Positions 55,916 to 64,000 of a stretch of DNA of 64,000 nt are shown here, one piece after another. The stretch's first letter is position 1. Each line of letters starts with the position of its first letter. The notes beneath the pieces are model-generated. The model saw only the letters and a program-made list of their open reading frames with translations, did no database searches and was not told the DNA's origin. This DNA is from the human T2T-CHM13v2.0 reference genome, Homo sapiens. The DNA lies in NCBI RefSeq assembly GCF_009914755.1, contig NC_060932.1, one strand, 5' to 3'. Both the position numbers and the translations under genes were made by a program.

Positions 55916-56190
55916 GGCGAGCCAGGGTGGCTCACGCCTGTAATCTCAGCACTTTGGGAGGCTAAGGCGGGTGGATCATGAGGTCAGGAGATCGAGACCA
56001 TCCTGGCTAACACAATGAAACCCTGTCTCTACTAAAAATACAAAAATTACCTGGGCATGGTGGTGCACGCCTGTAGTCCCAGCTACTCGGGAGGCTGAGA
56101 TAGGAGAATCACTTAACTTGGGAGGCAGAGGTTGGAGTGAGCTGAGATTGCACCACTGCTCTCCAGCCTGGGTGACAGAGACTCGTCTCA
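55916..56190 (+). mobile_element. AluSc-like, essentially without poly(A) tail
   Basis: GGAGATCGAGACCATCCTGGCTAAC; ends GTCTC directly into TSD AAA(A/G)GGACATTT. Confidence 0.93.
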
Positions 56191-56808
56191 AAGGGACATT
56201 TCCATTTACAAGGATCATTTCAGAAGAATAGATAAGAATCCTAAATGTGTGTGTATCAGATAAAAGATTCAGTTCATCAAAACACCTAACACTTCTCAAT
56301 GTGTACATACTTAACAATAGAGCTTTAAATTATATGAAACAAAAATTTACAAAACTAAAGTGAAAACTAGACAAATACATAATCATAATATGGAATATTA
56401 AATCATCTTGGTAATTGTGTAAAACAAGTACAAAAATATCAGTCAACATGTAGAAGATCTAAATAACATTATCAATCACATTTACCTAATTGAAATTTGT
56501 AGAACACTATATCAAACAAATACAGAATAGACCGTTTTTTTTCAAATGCACGCCGAAATTTTACCTAAATAGACCATATGATGTAACATAAAATAAGGCC
56601 TGATGAAAGTCACAACTCAATTTCAGAGTATGTTCTCTGACAGCAATTTATAAATCAATAAGCATCATATGAATAGAGAATTCCAAGATATTTAGATAAC
56701 AATACATTATAAATTACTCATGTGTTGAAGAATAAATACCAAGAGAAATTAGGAAATATTTGGAATTAAGTTATATTAACCAAAACAACATACCAAATTG
56801 TGTAGGAT

Positions 56809-57101
56809 GACCAGGTGTGATGGTTCATGCCTGTAATCCCACAACTTTGGGAGGCCTAGGCAGGGGGATTACTTGAGGCCCAGATCAACATTCTGAGCTG
56901 TTGATCTCATCTTTCCAAATACAATTTAAAATAAATTAGCTGGACATGATGACATGTTCTTGTAGTCCAGCTATTCAACAGGCTGAGGCAGGAGGATTGC
57001 TTGAACCCAGAAGAATGAGGCTGCAGTAAGCCATGATTGTACTACTGCACTCCAGCCTGAGCAACAGAATAAGACCCTGACACAAACACACACACACACA
57101 C
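56809..57101 (+). mobile_element. AluJ with (CA)n tail
   Basis: GGAGGATTGCTTGA, GAGGCTGCAGT, AGACCCTG; approximate TSD ..TAGGATG. Confidence 0.9.
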
Positions 57102-57184
57102 AATATAGGATGGAGTTAAAGCATTGCTTAGAGAAGAATTTATTTTCTAAGTGCCTATATTAGAACAAAATAATGCTTTATTAT

Positions 57185-57582
57185 TGATTCAGGATAGGCA
57201 AGCCCCAAAATCATGGCTTAGCCTGGGAGGGTTCTTAGCTTCACCCAGGGAAGAATTCAACAGTGAGCCAGTGGTGTTAAACTACTACTTGTATTGAAGT
57301 GGCAATATATAGCAGCAGAGATTCTACTCCTTGTGGAGCAGGGCCTCATAGGCAGTGTGGCCATAATAGCAACCCAGAGGCAATTCTGAAGTCATATTTA
57401 TACCCAGTTTTAATTACATGCAAAATGCCCCAGGGTTGTCATGGCAATGGTAAATTGACATTGCACAGTGGTGAGTGTATCATATGGAAAGCTGCTTCTA
57501 TCCCAGCCCTGATTCAGCTAGTCCTCAATTTGCTCTGGTGTCTGAGCCCCATCTCCAGAATCGAGTCCCACCTCCTACTTCA
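57185..57582 (-). mobile_element. ERV1 solo LTR (MER66-like, MER4 group)
   Basis: TG...CA termini; GGGAGGGTTCTT.GCTTC.CCCAGG.AAGAATTCAA; CTAGTCCTCAATTTG; GAGTCCCACCTCCTACTTCA. Confidence 0.75.
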
Positions 57583-57934
57583 GTAACAATGATTAACGTT
57601 TCACTTGAAAAGGCTAGAAAAAGAAAAAAAAAAAAACTAAAGCTCAAACAAGTAAATGAAATAAAATAAATAAAATATGTGCAGATTTTCTTAAAGTAAT
57701 AAAATTTTTTTAAAAACTATAGAGAAATCAACCATGTTAAAGCTGGTACTTTGGAAAGACTAGTAAAATGTTTAAATCCTAATAATAAAGCTGAGAGAGA
57801 GAGAGAAAATATACTAATTACCAATTACCAAAATCAGAAATGAAAGAGGAAGCACCATTACTAAATATACAGACATTTTAAAAAAGATTATGCAAATTTA
57901 TACTTCATAAAATCACATAAAAATATACATGTAC

Positions 57935-58148
57935 ACGTAAACACATGTGACAACATCAATGTTATACTGGTAAATCTGAATAAGTTCTTTGTATTGTATC
58001 TATGTCAATTTTATAGCTTTGATATTTTATGAGAGTTATTTAAGATATTACTATTGAGTAAAAATAAAGAGTACATGGAACCTAATTGTACAATATTTTT
58101 GCAACTTCCTTTGAATCTGTAATTATATAAAAAGAAAAATGTTTAAAA
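57935..58148 (+). mobile_element. L1MC/L1MD 3'-terminal fragment nested in older L1 ORF2
   Basis: AAATCTGAATAAG..TTGTATC.ATGTCAATT...TTTTTGCAACTTCCT.TGAATCT. Confidence 0.7.
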
Positions 58149-59185
58149 TCTATCAAGACACATGCTACATAGTTGTTTCTCAATAAATGATAAATATAAT
58201 AATGATAAATATCATGAAAGAGAAAATAGGAGATATTATGCAAACATGTCAACAAATTTAATAACCAATTAAAATGACACATTTCTTGAAATCAAAACTG
58301 TCAAAAGAAACACATTAGGAAGGTTTCTATTTGAAAAATTAAATTTGTTATTAGCAATCTCTCAATTAAAAAAAATATATATATAAGCCCTAATGATTTT
58401 GCTGGTTTGTTCAAAAAAACTTTTAAGCAATAGATAACGCCAATTACCCATAAGCTCTTTCAGAAATTAGAAGAGAAAATGCTTCTAAATTTTATTCATT
58501 AGTTGCATATACTTAATACTACAACTAGATAATTGCATTACAAAAAATAAGTAAACAAAAAACAACTACAAACCAGTGTCCCTTATGCAATAGATGAGAA
58601 ATTTATCAACAAACTATTAGCACACTAAATTCAGGAATATACACAAAGGAAAATATAAACAGCAGAGTTAATTGAATTTTACAAAATTAGTTTAACATTT
58701 TGAAATTAAACAATGAATACCATTACATTATTGAAACATATTTTATCATCTCAATAGAGAAAAATTTTTTTACAAAATTCATTATTAATGCATGTTTACA
58801 AACAGAAAACAAAAGAAAAAAATTATCAAAAAAAAAGTCAGACTTCTAAATCTGACAAATCCATTCCACCAGAATTTAACGGCTAACATTATATTTGGTG
58901 CAATATTGAACACTTCTGCCTTATGATAAGGAGCAAAGCAAGATTGTCTCCCTTCCATACTTTTATTAAACACTTTACAGTAAACTTCAGAAAGAAGCAT
59001 GAGTCAAGAAAAAGAGATAAAAGATATAAATACTGAAAAGAGCATAAAAATTTGTCATCATTTGCAGCTTACATTGTGGTGTATTTAGAAAATCCTGTGC
59101 ATAGTATCATACAATCTAATAATATTAATGAATGATTTGGGCAAGTTCAAAGACAACATGGTCAATATACAGAAATCAATTATAT

Positions 59186-59983
59186 TGGTATAGACAGGTA
59201 TTCAGGGAAAAACTCTTTCCAACCATGTTTTTCCTCTGCACTCAAAGCCCACTGAAACAACAATCATCAACACAGAACAAAATGCCTGTGATGAAAAGCG
59301 TGAGGACTTTTCCCCACATACCAAGCAGTGGCCACCAGCTGAGTGTCCTCCAATTCAAGTCTGACAGTTTACCTGGAGATGGTGTCAAATCCCACAGGTT
59401 GGGGGCTGCCACCTATGCCCCCAGACACCAGTTGCAAACCTGGGTCTCCGGAACTTCTGACCAACAAGCATCAAGTTGTGGTTTCCAACAATCCTCTCTT
59501 TGGGTTTGAGTAATTGCTTAAGCAGCTCACAGAACTCAGGGAAAACTAAACTTACATTTCCTGGTTTATTATAATGGATATTGCAAAGGATACAGAGAGA
59601 GATGCAGATGCATAGGGCAAGGAATAGGGGAAGGGGCAGGGAGCTTCCATGCCCTCCCTGGGTGCACCACATCCAGGAACCTCCGTGTGTTCAGCTATAA
59701 GGAACCTCCCTGAACCAAGTTCTCTTGGGTTTTTACAGAAGCTTCATAGCATTGCAGTCCTTCTTTCAGGGTATAAGGTAGCACCCTCTCTGGTCAGGGT
59801 CTTACAGCTCACAATCAGAAAAGCAAGGGAAGATTAGAGTCCTGCCTTGGGGAAAGTGAAAGGAAGGCTGGAGAAGGTCAGAAATATTCTGTTTTGTGAT
59901 TCCTGGTCCTGAGGCCTAACACACCTAACATTACAAAAAAAGAATGTATGGGAGTTATGAACCAGGTACCATAATACTACAAC
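59186..59983 (-). mobile_element. MER21-like LTR
   Basis: CACCAGCTGAGTGTCCTCCAATTCAA, TACCTGGAGAT, GCAGCTCACAGAACTCAGGGAAA, GGAGCTTCCATGCCCTC. Confidence 0.85.
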
Positions 59984-60075
59984 AGGTTAAAAAAATTAAA
60001 ATTTAAAAATATATTTTTTAAAAATTGTATTTTACTATTATGTTTGAAAGATGCATTAATTTTGAAAAACTTTCT

Positions 60076-60280
60076 GGCTGGGCCCAGTAGCCCATACATG
60101 TAATCCCAGCACTTTGGGAAGCTGAGGTGGGAGGGTTGTTGAGTCCAAGAGTTCCTGACAACATAAGCAAACTTCTTCTTAACAACAAATAAAAAAAAAG
60201 TAATTAACCAGGGGTTGTGATGCACACCTGTGGCCCATCCTACTTGGGAGGCTGAAGAAGGTGAATCACTTGAGCCGACA
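60076..60280 (+). mobile_element. Diverged AluJ, truncated within the right arm
   Basis: TGTAATCCCAGCACTTTGGGA, A-rich linker, ends at TCACTTGAGCC where L1 sequence begins. Confidence 0.85.
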
Positions 60281-63200
60281 GGGTAAAAGTCAACTCAACA
60301 AGAGAATATAAGAATTGTAAATACACATGCACCTAACACTGGAGATCCCAAATATACAAAGCAAATATTACTAAAGCTAAAGACAGAGATAGACCCTTCA
60401 ATATAATAATAGCTGGAGACAACAACACAACGGTTAGAGAATACACTTTCTTTTTCTCAGCACGTGGATTATTCTCAAGGATAGACCATATGTAGAATAT
60501 AAAACTTTTAAAAATTCAAAAAAAATGAAATCATATCAAGTATCTTCTCTGACCACAATGGAATAAAACTAGATATAAATAATAAGAGGAACTTTAGACA
60601 CTATATAAACACATAAAAATTGAACAATATGCTCCTGAATGACAAATAGGCCAAATAAATAATTAAGAAGGAAATTAAAAATCTCTTGAAACAGTTGAAT
60701 GTAAAAATACTTCTAACCAAAGCTGTGAGATATAGTAAAAGGTATACTAAGGTTCATACCAATAAATGCCTAAATTGAAAAACATAGAAAAACTTCAAAT
60801 GCATCTTAAAGAATTAGAAAAGCAAGAGCAAAACAAACCTAAAATTAGTAGAAGAAAATAAATAATAAATATCAGAGCAGATACAAATGAAATTGAAATA
60901 AAAAACAATAGAAATAATCAATCAAATGAAAAACTAGTTTTCTACAAAGATAATATTAACAAACCTTTAGCCCAACTATGAAAAAACAGACAAGACAAAA
61001 ATAAAATTAGAGGCAAATAGGAGATATTACAACTGATAATGCAGAAATTCTAAGGACTACTAGAAACTACCATAAGCAACTCTATGCCAATAAATTAGAA
61101 AACCTAGAAGAAATGGATATATTCCAAACAATAAACCTACCAAGATCGAACCATGAAGAAATCCAAAACCTGAATATACCAATAACAGGTAATGACTTTG
61201 AAGCCGTAATAAAAAGTCTTGCAGAAAAGAAAATCCACGAACACGATGGCTTCATTGCTGAATTTTACCACACTTTTAAAGAAGAACTGATACCAGTTCT
61301 ACTCAAATTATCGTGAAAAATATGTTAAATGACGAGTTAATGGGTGCAGCACACCAACATGGCACATGTATACATATGTAACAAACCTGCACATTGTGCA
61401 CATGTACCCTAAAACTTAAAGTATAATAAAAAAAATATATAGGAGGGGCAATACTTCAAAGCTCAGTCTACGAAGTCAGCTTTACTCTGATGCTGAAACT
61501 AGACAAAGAAACATCAAAGAAGAAAAGTATAGGCCAATAGCACTGATGAAATATTAATGCAAAGGTCTTCAATAAAATACCAGCAAGCCAAATTCAACAA
61601 CATGTAAAAAACATCATTTATCATGAAGATGTGGGGCTCATCCCAAAGATGCAAGTATAGTTCAACACATGAAAATCAATCAATGTGATACATCATATCA
61701 ACAGAATGAAGGACAAAAACCATATGATCATTTCAATTGATACTTAAAAAGCATTTGATAAAATTCAACATCCCTTCATGATAAAAACCCTAAAAAACGG
61801 GGTATAAATGGAACATACCTCAACACAATAAAAGCTATGTATGACAGACCCACAGCTAATATTATACTCAACATGAAAAAACTGAAAGCCTTTCCTCTAA
61901 AAAAGGACGAGGAAGAAGACAAGGATGCCCACTTTAATCAATGTTGTTCATGTAGAACTGAAAGTCCTAGGTAAGGCTCTACGATAACAGAAACAAAAAA
62001 GGGCATCCAAATTAGAAAGGAAAAAGTCAAATTATCCTTGTTTGCAGATGATATGATCTTATCATGAATTATATTTGGAAAAACCTAGACTCCATCAAAA
62101 ATATTATTAGAACTGATAAATAAATTCAGTAAAGTTGCAGGGTACATATAAAAAATCAATATATAAGAACTAGTAGCATTTATATATGCCAACAGAGAAC
62201 AATCTGAAAAATAAATTGATAAGATACTAGGAATATATTTAACCAAAGAGGTAAAATATCTTTACAATGAAAGTTATACAAATATTGGCTAAAGAAGTTG
62301 ATGAGGACACACAAAAAAAGGAAATATATTCTATAGTCATGAATTGGAAGAATTAACTTTGTTAAAATATTCATATTACCCAAAGCAATCTGCAGATGCA
62401 ATGCAATCCCTGTCAAAATACCAATGACATTCTTCACAGAAATAAAAAAGGAATGCTAAAATTTATATGGAACTACAAAAGCACAAAAGACCCAGAATAG
62501 CAAAAGCTATACTGAGGAAAAAACAAAAAACAAAAAACCACTGGGTTAATTGCATTACCCGACTTCAAATTATTCTACAGAGATATAGTAACCAAAACAG
62601 CATGGTAATGGCATCAAAACAGACACAGAGACCAATGAAATAGAATAGAGAACCCAGAAGTAAATCCATACATCTACTGTGAACTCATTTTTGACAGAGA
62701 TGGCAAGAATATACATTGGGGAAAGGACAGTCTTTTTAACAAGTAATGCAGGGAAAACTGGATATCCATATATAGATGCATAGCTTGCTAATATTTCATT
62801 CTAGTTTCTAAAATAAGCTTGGATTCTTATCCCTTGCCATATGCAAAAATCCAATAAAAATGGATTAAAGACATAAATAATAGACCTCAAGCTATGAAAC
62901 TACTTAAAGAAAGCATTGGGGAATCTGTCCAGGTTTTTGATCTGGGCAGGGATTTCTTGATTAATACACTAAAAGCACATATGGCCAAAGCAAAAATAAA
63001 CAAATGGAATAATATCCAGTTAAAAAGTTTATGTACAGTAAAGAGAATAATCAACAAAGTGAAGAGACAACCCACAGAGTAGGAGAAAATATCTGCAAAC
63101 TACCTATGTAACAAGGGATTAATAACCAGACTATATAAGAAGCCCAAACAACTCAATAGAAAAAAAAATTAATTCAATTAAAAAACAGGCAAAACCTGTG

Positions 63201-64000
63201 AGGTGACATTTCTTAAAATAAGGCATATAAATGGCAAACAGGTATATGAAAATGTACTCAACATCATTGATCATCAGTGAAATGCAAGTCAAAACCACAG
63301 TGAGATATGATCTTACCCCAGGTAAAGTGGGTTTTATTCAAAAGACAGGCAATAGCAAATGCTGATGAGGATGTGGAGAAAAGGGAGCCTCATCTGGTGT
63401 TGGTGGGAATATAAATTAGTCCAGCCACTATGAAGAGCAGTATGGAGGTTCCTCAAAAAACTAAAAATAGAACTACCATGTGATTCAGCAATCCCACTGC
63501 TAGGTATACAGCCAAAAGAAAGGAAATCCGTATATTGAAGAGGGATCTGCACTCCCATATTTACTGAAGTACTGTTTACAATAGCCAAGATTTGGAAGCA
63601 ACCTGTGTCCATCAGCAAACTAATGAATAAAGAACATGTAGTACATATACACATACATATACACTATTAATATCAATACACACACTATACACTATGCATA
63701 ATATACAAATACACTATTCAGCCATAGAAATGAATGAGATACTGTCATTTGCAACATCATGGATGGAACCAGAGAACATTACATAAAAAAAGTGAAATAG
63801 GCTATAACAGAAAGACAAGCTTTGCATTTTCTCACTCATTTATGGGAACTAAAACCAATTCAACTCATGGAGATAGAGTCACCAGATGCTGGGAAGGGTA
63901 GTGGGAATGGGGGGAAGTTGAGGATGGTTAATGACTACAAAAATGTAATTAGACATAATGAGTTAAGTTCTAGTATTTAATAGAATTACAGGGTGATTAC
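60281..64000 (+). mobile_element. L1MA2/3-like LINE-1 (ORF2 from endonuclease region to 3'UTR), decayed; runs off window end
   Basis: Continuous ORF2 homology (TTCTCTGACCACAATGGAATAAAACTAGA; TTGTTTGCAGATGATATGATC = LFADDMI RT motif); ORF remnants 61113..61316, 62894..63082; L1MA-type 3'UTR. Confidence 0.9.
61324..61430 (+). mobile_element. Ultra-short L1PA3/4-like insertion (107 bp) with 8-bp TSD
   Basis: AAATGACGAGTTAATGGGTGCAGCACACCAACATGGCAC...CCTAAAACTTAAAGTATAATAAA; TSD AAAAATAT at 61316-61323 and 61431-61438. Confidence 0.93.

Larger units (their letters stand above)
54830..60070 (+). mobile_element. Old L1M element fragments (5' region to ORF2 EN/RT) with multiple nested insertions
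   Basis: TGGTAGACTTAAACCCAA...CAATTACATTAAATG, AATAGACCATATG, AGAGTATGTTCTCTGAC, AATCAGAAATGAAAGAGG; assignment of 54830-55490 less certain. Confidence 0.7.

Noticed and set aside
59132-59837. Several ORFs of 62-125 aa in a GC-richer island
   Set aside because: They lie within a MER21-like LTR; no protein features

Overview
Very AT-rich primate genomic DNA. AluY, L1PA and a HERV-W/LTR17 fragment point to a catarrhine, probably human or great ape. It reads as a gene desert or the deep interior of a large intron. I find no credible protein-coding exon, RNA gene, CpG island or CRISPR-like array. The ORF track consists of Alu read-through, microsatellite ORFs, decayed L1 ORF2 fragments and chance ORFs. 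Most of the window is layered transposable elements: L1M/L1PA, about 13 Alus, MaLR/ERVL/ERV1 LTRs, MIR, L2 and MER3. Subfamily calls come from remembered consensus motifs and are approximate. The notable observations are small-scale. (1) An ~80 bp HERV-W 3' end carries a poly(A) tail and a 13-bp TSD, i.e. an ultra-short L1-mobilised retroviral retrocopy. (2) Several templated-insertion or template-switch scars: a 103-bp copy placed 1.2 kb downstream inside an LTR, a 34-bp copy 955 bp away, an inverted LTR piece, a DUP-INV-DUP, and a complex L1 5' junction. (3) A perfect 26-bp palindrome. (4) A ~315-bp microsatellite grown from an Alu tail. I do not see evidence for a new biological system.
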